The notes: generated from the letters alone by a model not told the origin. Numbered from the whole stretch's first letter, positions 25,601-40,800 are shown. The stretch is DNA of 63,898 bases, filler included, from Intoshia linei (GCA_001642005.1; 8 parts of 8 records of this genome joined end to end with filler, not necessarily neighbours in it), one strand, 5' to 3'. Numbers and translations are program-made.

Positions 25601-28600
25601 TTCATTTCTACGTGCAGCAATTTGATTTTTATAAGCAGTATCAATTAAAAGTATGGAAAATCTTATCCATACATATTCGTTTTTCAATTGATATGCCAAA
25701 GAAATTTGGGAAGTTAATAAAATAATTTCCAGCAAAATTTTTACACATTTATTGATACTTGAAATGTCAAAACAACATTTTGAAGAATCAAATACATTTG
25801 CCAAAAATCTGGTCTGTGCAGTAAATAATTTAATTTCCGATAAAGATTCAAGATGGTCCAAAATTTTACATCTTTCTGTGCCTTTCCACATATCATCCAA
25901 TTTCGTTTTTAGCCATTGACATGACGTATAAAATGAACTGATAATATTTACAACAAGACTCAATTTAGCAAAGTTTAAATTAAACAATCTATTATAAACT
26001 TTGGCCAGATAAACGTAGCATACTGATTCGATTGGAAATCGAGTAAATAAATTTGTATAAACATGAGATATGATTCCGGAAACAGGGTAAGGGTATTTAA
26101 TAGCATTCAAATCTAATTTATTCAATGCAATACATTCTAAAACAATATCATTGTAATTTTGTTTTGCAGAAATGTGGCCAATAGTTAAACCAAATAATTC
26201 TTCGTATGACAGGGGTAATAATTTCTTTTTCATAATAGCTTCATAATCCAATTTAAATGATCCTTTTCGGTATTTCGAAATTTCCAATATTGACGATATT
26301 ATTGATTCAAGAGCAATACTAAAATGAAATCGACATCCATTATATACCGGTGGATTCCTATATTTTTGCAAATTGTTGTATTCATTCTCTAATTCTTCAT
26401 TCATTTTATCAACAAATGTAGGGTTATTTACAGCAATTTCTACATTACAAAAAGATAGCTTCAACTCCATTTCAATTACCGCAATATTATGAACGATACA
26501 AATAACATATTTGATTAATTTTGTTGAACATTTTATGAGTTCAGAACTCAATATTTTTTGCAAAAGAGGTTGTACTTGTTTACTTACATAAAGTAAATAA
26601 ATTTTTAGATTAAAGAGTGAATGGTGATTTAAGGCTTTTTCATTTTTGTAATCATTAAATCTATCGTTTTCGTGTGCAATTAATTCCTTATTAATTTGGT
26701 GATGACTCTGATTAATGGATTGATAATCTGTTAAGAACTCAAGAAACATGAAACAAGTTTCAAGATAAACGACAATATGACTAGGTATAATGGATATTAC
26801 GTTTTTATCGGTTAACAACATAAATTGAGCCAAATGTTTATTGCACAAATAAATCGTCTTTTCCAATTCAACCATAAATTTAAATAAAGACCCAGTAAAA
26901 ATAAATTGTTCAAACATGCGCCAACATGGCTTCAAGGGTTCATTATACAACACAGAAATCCATAGAGAAGCAAAGCCAGTCATGTTTATAAATTTATAAC
27001 TATCAAACAAAATATTTTTCGGAGGTGATGGGGAAACTTGAGAAATACAATAAACGATTGTACAAGACATTGAAATTTGCTGTAAGAAATATTTATCTTT
27101 TAAAGAAGAATTTTCTACAGGAATTTTGAACATATTTAACCAATCTGTCATAGAATTTAAAAACCCTGAAATCACAGACATATTAGATGAAGTGGATAAT
27201 AAAAATTCTCTATAAACCACCAAATATTTCATTATAACATCATCACTCTTAGATATAGATTCCAAATCAACTTTATAATGGTTCGGTCCTTCGGTCAATA
27301 TAGTCTCATGCATATTAGGAATTAGCAAATTTTTCAATCTTTTTTGTTCCAACAAGGAATACATCCTTGAATCGTTATTTAAATGCTTACTTTCGACAAA
27401 GGGTTTATCTGTCATATCAATAGACAAGTTTGAAGGAATGGGGTTACTTATTTCTACATTTTTGTCATGTTTAGTCTCTGCGGTATCACATTTTATGATA
27501 CATTCGAGTCCCTCTTCAAAAGGAGCATATAAATTAATCAATTTAAATGCTTGTAAAAGTAAAACATATTCATATTGGCAAGCTTTATAAAACTGCATCA
27601 ATCGCATCATTATATTCAAACCCGTAGCACGACTCAGCTGGTTTACTAATTTACACGTTATAGTAGAATTGATGGAACCAGATTTCTTTAAACTAATAAA
27701 ATTATCAAACATTTTAACATATGTATTAATCTGACTTATACTTTTAAATATATCATCATGACCCAGTCTCAAAGGTAGTTTAGTTCCTTTCATGTATAGG
27801 TTATTCAATGAATGAATTAAAATCGAATCAGAATCGCAATCTTTAATAAAATTCAAATTTTTAATAATAATATCCGGTTGACGTAACGTTTTTAGTTTTC
27901 GTTTGATTGATTTTGAAAATAAATTTCTACTTTCCTTAATATCAGTATTTGAAATGTAATTCATTTCCTTGAAACCAGTATGAGCCAAATTAATAACAGA
28001 TTCAATATTTTTTAACACAGGGGTACTCTTTTCCTTTTTTTTCAATGAACCATGGTTTATATACACTGGATTTAAATCTGGTTGATACAACCCATAACAA
28101 TCGTAATACAAATTTCGATTAGATGATTCACTGCATCGTTCAACGTGCTTTTGACGACAACTTTTGACTTTATCGTCGTTACAAGAAATATTTATTTTTT
28201 TGTCGTGTGTAAAATTTTTAATTAACGTAAGCCAAGAATTTTCTACAGTATTATACCAGCTTTTGTTCTTTTTTTGTTCAACATCTCCAGTCCGAGATAT
28301 GAAACGTTCCAGCCCAGTAAAAGATTTTTCCATGGAGTTTAATATGGACGAAATGTAATAATTTTCATTCTTTGAAGATACGAAAATGTTCATCAAGAGT
28401 TTTATGAAATCATTAGATAAATCCAATCGATTATAGTTTAACGAAAAATTTGAACAACCAATCATTTCTAAGAGTAATTTTGCTCCTCCCTTTGAACAAA
28501 AATTTTCAATGTATGTTGCTGCAATAGGAGAATTTATAAATAGTGCCAGCATAAAGGTAGTCATATTTTCAAAGAATATGCAAAAATCATTAGTCTGATT

Positions 28601-31600
28601 TTCAGATTCCAATTTACTACACATGTCGATCGTATGGAGCATGACATTATATGGAACACACGCATTTAATAGTATTTGTTTGCCATCACGTAAACTTTTT
28701 ACATTGGGTATTTTATATTCCGCATCATGAACAATAGTTTTGAAACTATTTCCAAGCACTGTTATTCGTTTCAACATTATTATAACTTCGTCAATCATTA
28801 AATCCACCGTGTTATTTTCTTTTCGAACAAATTCATCTATGAATTGACCAATCATTGACGGAATTCTATTAAACCTTTTAAACATTTGAATATACTTGGA
28901 AGAATACAAATAACGAATTAAACATTTAAAAACATTTTTATTTGTAAATGCCACCATACCATCATAATTTATACACAATGCGTGGAATAACCCCAAAGTT
29001 AAACTAAGATCTCCACCAATAGGAAAATTTTCATTTAATGTCGATTCAAATATAGCTTCCATTAACCCCCATTCTTGGATATTTTTCAAATGTGATGGAA
29101 ATACCACGATATGAGATTGAATATATTCTAAAGCTACTAAATACAAAGACGCCCCATAATAATCCGCATTTTTTATTATTGCAAGTATACAGTCAAATAA
29201 TGAACTTGAAATAACCATTTCACCAAAGTTATCAACGGCGGTTGAACCTTGTATAGTCTTTTTTAAAAATGTTAATATAGTTTTTATCAGAGCTGCTTTA
29301 CGTAAATTACATCCATTTTCAAATGATTCACCAGTATCATTTTTATTGGTTTTCTGAAATTCATTAAATTTTTTTATATCCTCATCATTGTCATTTACTT
29401 CATAGTTCAATCGTTCCAGAAATATTTCAGATATACCTATGAAACCTTCACCATCATCAAATAATGGAGAACTCGTTATTAAATCAATTATCCGAACGGA
29501 ACGGGTTACAAATATTACCTTATTTAAATTATCCGAGCTGTTTTCACAATTGCTTAATCGTATGATTTGTAAGATTGATTGAACTACATCTGATTCCATT
29601 AGAGCTTCACTGCCATATTTATAATTTGACATGTGATAGACTAGGGAAAATAATGAAGTTGAGAGGTTTAGTGATACTATAGTGTTGTCGCGTTTGTTTA
29701 ATACGTCGTGTACTACAGCTCTAACAAGTTTTGGTAGAAACCCATGGTAATAATTTGCTTGGAGTAAGAATATTATCTTTGATTGAAATGAATGATTTGA
29801 TAAATATATTATAGCACACAGAGCAGATATAACAACAATTTTCACATCCTAAAACAAAATAAATTAAGGTTTAAATGAGTTCCACCCGATCCAAATAGTG
29901 TATGAAGACCATACTATACTATGTACTCCCATTTCAAAATAATTCATTTTATTTTTGGATCCCAAAGAAACCATAAAATATAAAACATTCATGAAAAAAT
30001 TAAAGGTGTATTCTCATTAAATTTGGTAAAATCGTGTTTTTCAAAAAAATATTGGTAAAGTGATATATTCAATAATAATAATAAATAATATTCAAATATT
30101 CAAAATAATAATAATAAATATTCAAAAAAAGTCATAGTATCGGACGAACTGGTGCCCAAAATAATTTCTTGTATCTTTGTTCTCCGAACTCTTACTTTGA
30201 AACCGCTGGGTTAGAATAAGAGAATTATAAAATAAATGGAAAAAGAGGTTTTTCCATTAAATGTTGGTGAAATTGGATTTTTTGAAATAATAATGTAGCG
30301 GTCCCAACATCTGGGCATATATGTAATCAATATTAAAAATTCTCCTATAAAAATAAAAAAGTTGTTAATAAAGTTGATAAACTTTTTTATATATTTTATT
30401 TGAATCTCACGATGGTCTCAGATTTAGTTTGGGACTTTTTCTAAAACGTAAAAAACACATACATGTATATGAAAAATTTTACATCTAATACAGACTTTTG
30501 TTAACACCAACAAAAAATTTCAACATAACAAAGTAAAACCTTCACGATCATAAAATGAATATTCCATTTACTCAGAGCCGTCTTAAGCCACTTCGTGGCT
30601 CTGGGCTAAGCAAAGGACCGGAGGCCCTTTAAAGTTTCAAAATTTTAAAGACCGAAGCAATAAAAAAAATTTAGGGCCTCTTTTTATTTCTTTTACAAAA
30701 AATTACTTAATTAATTGAAAATTAATAAGAGAAAATCAAAGATTTCCTACTTTCTTTTTTGAATATTCACTTAATAGAAAGGTTTTAATGTTTAATAATA
30801 TCATTTGAAACAGTTTTTATGTCAATATTATATGATAAACATTGTAGAACATATTTAAATTGAATAATTACCAGAATTATGATTCTTTAACCTATTTTCT
30901 TTCTAGTTATTTAAATTCCCACATTTCAAAACTTATAAACTGTTTCTTAAGATATAAATCTGAAGTATTTTTTAATAAATTGGGGGCCTCTTTTTAAGAT
31001 ATAAATGTAAAGTACATATAAAATAATATAATAAAAAATAGTAAATTTTTATGTTCCAGAATTGAAATAAAGATTTTTCTTATACAGATTATTTCAGATA
31101 TGATATAAATACAAAATAGAAATAAAACATTCCCGGTAAAAAATAACTTTTAAAATATTGTCAACCAATTTCTCTCAAATTTTTGAATTAAAATTAAGAT
31201 TCAAATGTAAATATTCATCCTATAATTTCTTAAAAATGAGAATTTAACTTATTTTTAAAAATACAGAAATACTGACTCTGTGCAAAATAATATTTTTCGA
31301 AATCACGATTTTGAAATAGTGAGTTATAGCCTATAAATTATAGGTATTCCTATATCGATCAAAAAATAGGTGGTATAAATAGTTTTAGATTTCTAAAAAT
31401 GGGGTTTAACAAATTCTATAAAATGATTGCTATAAAAATATGTGTAACCATAATGTTTGAAAAATTGATTGATAAAATATTGCATATTTTGTTGGTAAAA
31501 TTGTTTTAATAATATTTATTTTTGATAAATTTATACTAAAAGTTTCTAAACCCATCTCTACTAAAAATAGATTCTAAAAAATAAATTTACATAGAAATAT

Positions 31601-32921
31601 AAATAAAAACCATTAATTTAAAATTGTAAAACTAATTCTAATAATTGGTTGCTAAAACTAAGTGAAAAAATAAATACCCATAAAACAACATTCCCTTTAA
31701 CAAAAAATAATTAAATAAATAAAAATTACAGATAAATAGTCAAAAAACTTGCAAATGGTTGAAATATTATTGGTAGCACTAATGGTACAAATATCTGTAG
31801 ACTCGACTGTCGCAATTTCCTTGGCACTATAAACGTACTTGATATCCAAAACATTGACAAGTTCATGAATGAAATCAAAAGAGACAACATCTGTTGTATA
31901 ATTAGTATTTTCCAAATTAATGTTGCACACAATGGCAGTGGCCAACAATCTACATTTAATCAATACGATTCTTTCCTTGAAATTAGAAAAATATAAATTG
32001 TATCGTATCTGATGAAATAAATCCAATAGTCTATTTTTGGGTACGTCATGTTCTTTAATAATTGAATTGTAAATTTCAACATGCGTCATATTAAGAAGGT
32101 GTATATTTTTGCGTATAATTACCAAAGGTTTATTATCAGTTAAAAGTAAATTGGTTGTTTGTTTTTTGGTATCTAAAAAATACTCGTATCGGAAATCATT
32201 AAACTCTGGAGGTAGAGGTAAATTTGGGTTGGTACACTCAACAAAAGTAAATCGTTTGTTATTAAACACCCAGGGTCGAGCAAATAAAATTAGGTTTTCG
32301 AGTAAACCAATAGTGCTTTGTTTTGTTAATTTAGTCAAATATGAACTTCTTTTGGCGAGAGTAAATATTAATTGTAGAGCAGATTCAACGACAAAACTAT
32401 GTCGTGATTTGAACAGTTCAAATAGGTAAATGACTGAAGAGTAGACACTGCGATAAAAGGAATTTTCAAGGATTGAAATGGTAAATTTTATGACAGCTTC
32501 AATTAGTTTTGCTAGAGAATCATTTCCTTCAACGTCCATAAATATAATATCATTTTTCGTCTTTGTGAGTGCTTTTTCATATAAAACATCAAATAAATTT
32601 AGTAAATCTAACCAAACATACAGACTGTACTAAAGTAATGTAAGTAAAGTAATGAATAAATTAAAAACCTTTCCGAAATTCCATTTACTTGTAGCAGTCA
32701 ATTTAATGTACAATTCTTCATACGATAGTGTTTTTAATTCGCGTATAAAATCTGTCAAATGATGCGGCTAAAATAAAGTAAATAAGAAATTAAAACTCAT
32801 GTCCAAGGAATTGAAAAATATAACGCAATTTGAAAATTAAAACATTTCTAAACAACAAAGCTTAAATTTACTAAAGAATTACCACATCCGCCAAACTCAT
32901 TCCAACGGCATCGTTTTTCAT
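16602..32921 (-). CDS. HUWE1: E3 ubiquitin-protein ligase HUWE1 (ARM-like N-terminus, WWE, UBM repeats, HECT), about 4582 aa, 7 exons
   Basis: Exons 32921-32883, 32767-32669, 32629-31730, 29848-17835, 17562-17457, 17412-16922, 16701-16602, all GT-AG and in phase. N-terminal [20 protein letters not shown]; WWE (RWYQYDDR...YIINFKTM); UBMs ([17 protein letters not shown]); [40 protein letters not shown], ending GFGIA*. Confidence 0.96.
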
Positions 32922-33157
32922 GATAAAAAATATATTTGATAGAAATAACTTTTTTCAAATATTTAATTGTTGAAATATTTTAGACTTTATTTTAATTCAG
33001 AGTGATAATAAATTTTACAATATCAAATTTACAATAGTTAAAACTTTATTAAAGTTTCAAAAATTTATCCAAGTTTGGCAATTTACTTGGTTAATTGAAT
33101 TTAAACACAATCATGGTAATGAATGTAAAATTAGCTTGTTTGTCAATTTAAGTACTC

Positions 33158-33397
33158 GTGAATGGTTGTGATGCTTGCATAACAGATGCCGAAGTCAACA
33201 CCTGTCCATTTAAAAAAAATATGGTAAAATACAAGACTTATGAAGATGCCCTTTTTATTAAAGAAGTAGAAACAAACAGTGTAGTCAATTTCAGCAAAAT
33301 TCAAGTATGCAGGTTTCTTTTTCTGTCGACAGCAATGATTCTACTTGGATGTGCCATTATAATTATCAGTTTTTATATTTGGTATTTGTATTTTTGA
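33158..33397 (+). CDS. Small putative tail-anchored membrane protein, divergent from HUWE1
   Basis: ORF with C-terminal hydrophobic helix (FLFLSTAMILLGCAIIIISFYIWYLYF*); AATAAA about 10 nt after the stop; start uncertain (in-frame ATG at 33221 or an upstream exon). Confidence 0.45.
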   Translation: MNGCDACITDAEVNTCPFKKNMVKYKTYEDALFIKEVETNSVVNFSKIQVCRFLFLSTAMILLGCAIIIISFYIWYLYF

Positions 33398-34878
33398 AAA
33401 TATGTAAATAAATTTATTTTTTACAAGTTAGTACAAAATGTTTAAAAATGCCATTAAAACGCATGATCCAGCTATGAACCAATCTTTTCTTTCGCCTAGT
33501 TTTTTTATTTTCATCAAATTAAAATTTTTTATACCGATTCTAGCAAATTTCCAAAATATCCCTCGAAAACTAAATTGAATATATTGATTTAGAAACTGCA
33601 TTTTAAATATGTGATAATCATTTTGTTAAATTTTATGGCTGGTTCTGTTTTTGGTCAGTTTCTATATTATTTAAATTTGATAATAATTTTCAAGATATTT
33701 GTAACGATAATAATTTTTTTAACCTGAAGAGCTACCCATTTCATAGCGTAAAATGAAAACTAGAAATTTAGAGTTTTTATTTGATTTGTAAAGCAATAAC
33801 CACGTTCAATTGAATACAATTGCAGATAGGGATATTATTTATGCATAAAATTTAATTAGGTATTTTTTAAACTACAACACTTTCTAAAAAAATAAATTTT
33901 TTATTGAAATTAAGTATGAATCATAATTAGTGAATGTGCCGGGAATTAAATTTTCCGAAAAAAATTGAGACATACATGTATTTGATTTATGTTTGTTATT
34001 ACTATGAAAATATGATTATATTATAATATTTAAAATTTACCATTTCAAAAATCCCACCACTAATAAAATTTAATCAAAAATACCATTGCAAGCCCTCATG
34101 GAAAAATTGACTTACACTGATATTCTTTTCAAAAATCCGATTTTACAAAATATTATGAAAAAAATCCACTTCATCAAACTACAAATAAAAAATCTAATTT
34201 TCCAGACCTTAATGAAAAAATATCCTTTTTTTAAAAACCTTCTTATTCCAACCGCAAATTACTAACGCTTAAGGGAATTATCCTCGTTTTCCAATATTAT
34301 TTTGAAAAATATTATGAGTTGTTACGAACTGGAACGCTATCATCAAGATTGTTAAAATTAAAGGAACCCTTATGACCAAGGATGATACCAGCAAAATTAA
34401 TCAATTTTTTAAATACGATTAAATTTTGATGTATAATCACAATTTAAATTAATAATTATCAATATTAATATATTATAATATACAAGAAAAATTAGCATTA
34501 GGATTGGAAATATCATTTTAAAAATTATCAGTGCATAACATTTTGTTCAGAATGTTATGTAAAATGCCATTAACCGAAGCTTCAGTTGAAAGANNNNNNN
34601 NNNNNNNNNNNNNNNNNNNNNNNNNNNNNNNNNNNNNTTAATTAATTAANNNNNNNNNNNNNNNNNNNNNNNNNNNNNNNNNNNNNNNNNNNNAAAATTA
34701 AATTAAATTCGTAAAAATTATTCACTAACAATTGTTACATTGCAAATTTCAATTGTAAAATTATTTGTGCTGTTTTAAATTTTTAGTATATAAATTATCT
34801 ACTAACGGTGCTTGACTGTACTTAAATTGTATATTTAACCAACAACCACTGCAATAAATATATCAAAATAAAAAGATA

Positions 34879-37800
34879 TCAATTGGATTTAAAATATTGT
34901 TCATCTTCAATATCAGCTTTCTTTAAACTTGTAAAAATTTTTGCTAAAATCAAATGAAAACAAATATTACTGAATTTACTGTAGCTATCGACAAGGCTAA
35001 ATACACTTCTCACTAATTTAAGGGATGTGGCATAAGAACGGTTACACAATCTATTAGCTCTAAATATATTTTAAATTAATTAAAATGTATACATTTGATT
35101 TATTCGAATGGGGATAGTTTAATAACCACATTAACATAATCAATTGAAATTTATCATGTAAAATTACCGATTTTCAACCAAATCTGTATATAATTGAACA
35201 ACCAAAATAAACAGTGGACGTTCATAATCATACCAATATTGTAAATTATCCGTGCACTTAAATAATATGGGTTGACTAAATGTATTTTATATTTAAATGA
35301 ATTTAAAAGTCGTTGTTCAAACTATGGACGATATAAAACGTAGGTAAATTTGCCATAAAGGCCTAATAAAATCAATCAAATAAAACAATAATAAAATAGA
35401 AATATTCCATTTCACTCCGAGTGTTCACAGCATTAATTCTTCTCTGACCATAATAATGATTTGTTTACATACAAATATCAGATTTGATCTTGTAATAAAT
35501 CCAACCAAATAATAGTATTTAACTAAAGGCCAATACAAGTCGATTTGTTCATTAAGTGTGAGTGAAAAGATGATCCTTAAATACCCTAAAATATTTTGGA
35601 CCAAAAATTATCTTCAATTTCTTTAAAACTTGAGTAAAAAAGTGTCAACTTAAATACTCTACGAAAGTTTGCTTCCTAAATTATCTTTTAAATCTTTATC
35701 AATTATGTGAACAAATTTTCCCTTCGCCCCTGTGATAGATTAATTCATAATAATTAATAATTCAGTGCACCCCAAAATCGACTCCAAGGAGTACATTGCA
35801 CACCGGTTAAGAGTCACTGATCTATTCACTAGATTCTAGAGAATAGATGTATAAATAATTTTAAAATGTACATTATTATGTAAAGTTCATTGTATCCAAC
35901 TTCGCTATTGACCGAATTGGCTATACCGCGAATTGACTGAATAAGAGAACAAAGTGTCTCCTAAAATTAAAAGTAAACCACAAAACAGCAAATGTACGCT
36001 AGTATTTTGGTTAATGCCTTCCTGAAGTACAGCTAAAAGTAAAAAAATATTACAAAAGGATTCAAAAAAACCCCGGGCAAAGCACTTGAAAATTTGCATA
36101 ATTGATTAATTTAACGTTATTGAATATAGTAAATTTGATATATAGGAATCATGTTTACAATTTATTTTTAAGAAACTGGTGAAAATCAAGTTTCTCAACA
36201 CAATCTAAACAATTATTAAAGCAACGTTCATGATTCGCTACAATTTACTATTGGTCATTTTTAAAAGATATTAATATAAGAATTGATCAATTTTAACTAC
36301 AATGTAGATAGGAAATTAATTTTAAAAATAATAACGAATTTCTAATCATAACACGAATTGCAACATGATTAAAAATTCACAATATTTAAATATTTTTGGT
36401 AAATTGGATCTCATGGGCAATGCTCATTTGGCAAATGGAATCCATGTAAAAATTAATAATTTAGAATAATGAATGTATAACATGGTTTGAAAATTTTAAA
36501 AAAATCTCTCCATATCAAATTATTAGCAAAATTTATTATACACTATTCAACTTTATCGTCACGATATGTAAATTTATTTTTACACATTTTTACAAAGTGA
36601 ATTTGACCCAAATGATGGTTAATCCCTCTAATAACGCATGTATGCATTAATGTTAAATCATTAGAAATAATAATTTAAAAACTAAAAAAAAATTTAAATA
36701 TTAAAATAAATTAATGAAAAAGTTCCATAAAATCAATAAAAAGTTAAAAAATATTCAAATACAATACATTCTGCATTGCATGGGTTCTCAAACTTTTTTT
36801 CATAAGGGCCACATTTTATCAATACGAAATAATTTAGAATCATCGAGTCATAATTTTTATTTTATAGCTCGAAAATTTATGAAACAAAAAAATGTAAATT
36901 CACTTTTTTTTGAGCTTTACTCGAAAATGCTACTAAGAATTTTTTTAATTTTTTTTCAACCCTTTCACTGTCTGATGCAATTTTATGTACTATCACGACA
37001 CGTCTGAAATTTATGTTTTAATTTAAACCTTTATTATTTTTAAATTACCTATGTAAAAATATATGAAAATATAAGAATAAAGTTTTTCAGAATTATGTTG
37101 TGTATATCATAGAAAACACAGATGTGTGAAGTGAAATTGCTGTGTATAGTATAGATTCTATACTATAGAATACACAGACAATGAAAGGGTTAAAATGCTC
37201 CTGAAAGTGTGCCAAATCAAAAAATGTTGAAATTTTGGATGAGTAATTTTTTTCAACTAAATGTTAGTTCAAGCTGTGTATAAAAGTATCCTAAATATCA
37301 ATGATTGTTTTATCTTTTCCTTGCCATTTTTGATGACATTATTCATAATTACACTAAAATCAGTTAAAATATATATTTGTTAAGAAATTGGCACACTACT
37401 TTAGTACGAATAAATTTAAATTATATTTTTTAAGAGACAAAACAATTTAAAATTATTTAAAATTTTCGGCGGACCACAAAAAATTTCAATATGGCTCGCG
37501 TTGAGTTGCGTACAGGTTGAGAATCACTTCCCTAATGTCTTAGTTATGATAAGCGATAAAATGTTTAAAGCTTTAATGGCTTTGCCAGGGGTCTTTTTTT
37601 AAATCTCTGCTTGGGTGCAAATTAAAGGTATTATAATCCCTCGTTGGGTGATAGGGTGTAATAATAGATACTTAACAATATGGTTTATAGTTTACCTCTG
37701 AATGGCACAAGAAACTGCCTAAATAGCATAAGGTTCATCATTCCTCTTCCTAAATAAAAGATAAATATATTCCAAACTCAATTTTTACAACTAGCCAATA

Positions 37801-40800
37801 AAATCTCTAATTGACACAAATAACGAAGAATATGTTTTATTATACATATTTTAAAAAACTACGAAATTTGGAATTATTTACATTTTTGATTAGAAAATTT
37901 CTATAAATTTACATAATGTTAATAAATTAAATATATCTGAAAATTCTACGCCATAGAGCCATTTACTGTTTGTACAAAATATAAAACTAATACTTTATAT
38001 TTTAAGAATCATTTACCATTCATATGACCATACATTACTCTCGTCACAATTTCATTAAAACGTTTTCGATAATTATATTCTGATGTTAATGAACTGTAAT
38101 TGAGAAAAGGGAAATAACTTTTATCCTAAAAAAATACAATACCGGATTAAATAAATAAAGATACAAATTAAAATTATAAATGCCATCACTAAACTACCCG
38201 TAAAATTTTAAATGCTAAAAGTGATTAAAAAGAATCTTTCAAATTTGGATGGAGCATGATTGAAATTATAAATGTGCCGAATCACAATCCGTTTAAGAAA
38301 ACATGGGTAACATTTAAAATATACCCAGTAATTTTTAATCATTTCCTGAGATGCAGGACTTTTGATAAATGATTCTAGGCTACTGGTGGTACAACATGAC
38401 TTATCCATAGCTTCTAAACTTTCCTTTATCAATAATGAAGACCTTGGTGTTGATTTCAAATTTGAAAGTCTATTATGTACCTTTACAAAAATATAAACTA
38501 CAAAACTTACAATTTTGCCGAAAAAATGTCAACAATTTCTTGATGTGAATTAGAAACTGGTTCCGAACATAAGCGTTTAGTAATCTAATAATAATGAAAA
38601 TTATAAATATCAACGAAATTTAGATTTTTATAATTATAAAAATAAATTGTTAAAATAGAAATATAATCATCAATAATGTGAATTTTCACCTCATTACACA
38701 CGTGCTCCGAAAGTCGATCTTTACTAGATAGGTAAATCTTTCTAAATGCATTGATAACACTAACAATTGCAAGTTCCATATTTTCTGCAAAAAGTTTATC
38801 CTTGACAGTCTCACAAAACTTTATAGCAGCCATAGTTCTGTAAAAAAATTGATTGTTAAAAAATGAACTGAAACTACCTCATAATTTCCTCAACATCAAT
38901 AGTACAGTCAGTAATATTATTAGCTTGAGTTTTAGTAACAATGTGAAATCCAAAAAGACGCAACATGAATGAAAATTTCCATTCATATTGATTCATTTTG
39001 GCAAGAGTAGGAGTATAATATACAACTTCAAGATAATTGTCAAACTCCTCAAACATTAACTTTGAACATTCTGTAAATTCATAACGTCCTATTGCAGCAA
39101 CCTAGTTATAACATATACCGGTACTCAACATTATTATTTTTAAATTACTGCATTCAATTCCGCCGAAATGCTATCTAGGTAATTGGTAATGGAAGCATTA
39201 TCTCTAAGTTAAAAAATGACCCTTATTATTACAATAAATACTCAAAAGTCATATCCAATCGCAAGTTAATATATGCCCGAACAACATGAATTGCTCCCTC
39301 CCTGACGTCAGACTTGACGTTATCACGTAAATCACCATAATTAATGGATACTAATGTAAATTTCCACAAATTCAAAATGTGATACAAGTTATTTTCAATT
39401 TCTGCAAATTTTTTTTTCTAAAGTTATGGTAATTTAAAAATTTTATAATTTCTAAAAAAATTACGCTTAATAAATCAATAGTAAAATCATGAACATGTTG
39501 CAAAAATTTTGTATAGTATTTATGTGTCATTAAATCACTGTAGGCATGAGTGGATATTAATTTATACATAAATCTACAAAATTCGTGGCACTTTTTTTGA
39601 GAATCGTATAACTATATTCAAATTATATTAAATTTTAATTTTAATACTAATTGGTGATTTTCAAGAATTTCTATTGAAGATAACAACATTAAATGAGCAT
39701 AAACTTCATGTTCATCCGTTGAAAATACCCCTTCAGATATTCCTGCGAATTGAACCAATATTTGCATTGCCTAATTAAAAATATTGAAATTAATAGTTTA
39801 CAATGTACATTGTGCAAAATTAAAAAATTGCATTAAAATTACCAATGTAGCATGTTCTTCGGGTAAAAGATTAAAAAAAGCAAAGTAAATTTTAAGAGAT
39901 TTTGATTTGCCACTAATATCTACAAAAAATTTTTTATCATTTTTTAAAAATATAAATTACTTTCTCTCCAAATAGATGGAACATGACTGGAATCAACATC
40001 AATTTCACCGTAAGCATGGTTCGTGTAACAATCAAAAGAAACACACGATAATGACAAATTTAATGCATATTTTAATAGGTTGGACTAAACTTAAATTAAA
40101 TTCAAATTCAACCGTAAATTTTATTTTTTTAATAATTGCGCCAAATATATTTACGATTAAACAGGTAATATTTCATAATGATTGTCGATAACTATATAAA
40201 CCAATAATAAAACGCGCCATTTCATAAATATTGAAGACAGGCAATATTTGTTATCTTATCAAATCAAAAAGTGCGTTGCAATTTTTTTAAAGGTATTTTT
40301 TCATAATAATGTATTAGAATTTATAAAATTTTAAAATAAATATTATATTGTTTAATTAGATAAATAATTATAAGTTATACAAAAATAAAAATACCGTTTG
40401 CGTATTATTCATATCAATATCATCAATTTGTTCAAATGCATCATTGAGATATTTATAAGACACTGTATAAACATCATAAATAATGTTATCCCGAAAAGTT
40501 GTATGAATATAAGATTGATATCGAAAAAGATCCCACTAAAAATACAAATGTAACTAGTCTATAAATCAAAAGTACCGAATTAATTTTTTCAACAAAAGCA
40601 GACAAAATCTTTAAACCGAGAACAATCAGTCCTGTATCAACAGCCTAAAAATGGAAAATATACGGTTAAACCAAAAACAACCAATCAATCAAAGCAATCA
40701 CATGGAGATGTAAAAAAATAATATTAATGAGCAAAATATATTCAAAATTTTCTCGATTTCATAATACAATAATGTAATAAACCATTAAACACAAAATATA

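Noticed and set aside
18161-32429. Short ORFs overlapping HUWE1 (18161, 21234, 21895, 21903, 22317, 23158, 24090, 28164, 31726, 32109)
   Set aside because: Antisense or alternate-frame shadows of the long coding exons; for example the Ser run at 21234 mirrors a Glu/Asp tract.
16918-32539. ORFs 16918, 17831 and 31697 as three separate genes
   Set aside because: They splice in phase into one HUWE1 CDS; the ORF-track ends run into introns.
36714-37007. 97-aa ORF in an XPO7 intron; likewise 41385-41687 and 47282-47524
   Set aside because: They run across MITE or transposon-relic sequence and show no protein features.
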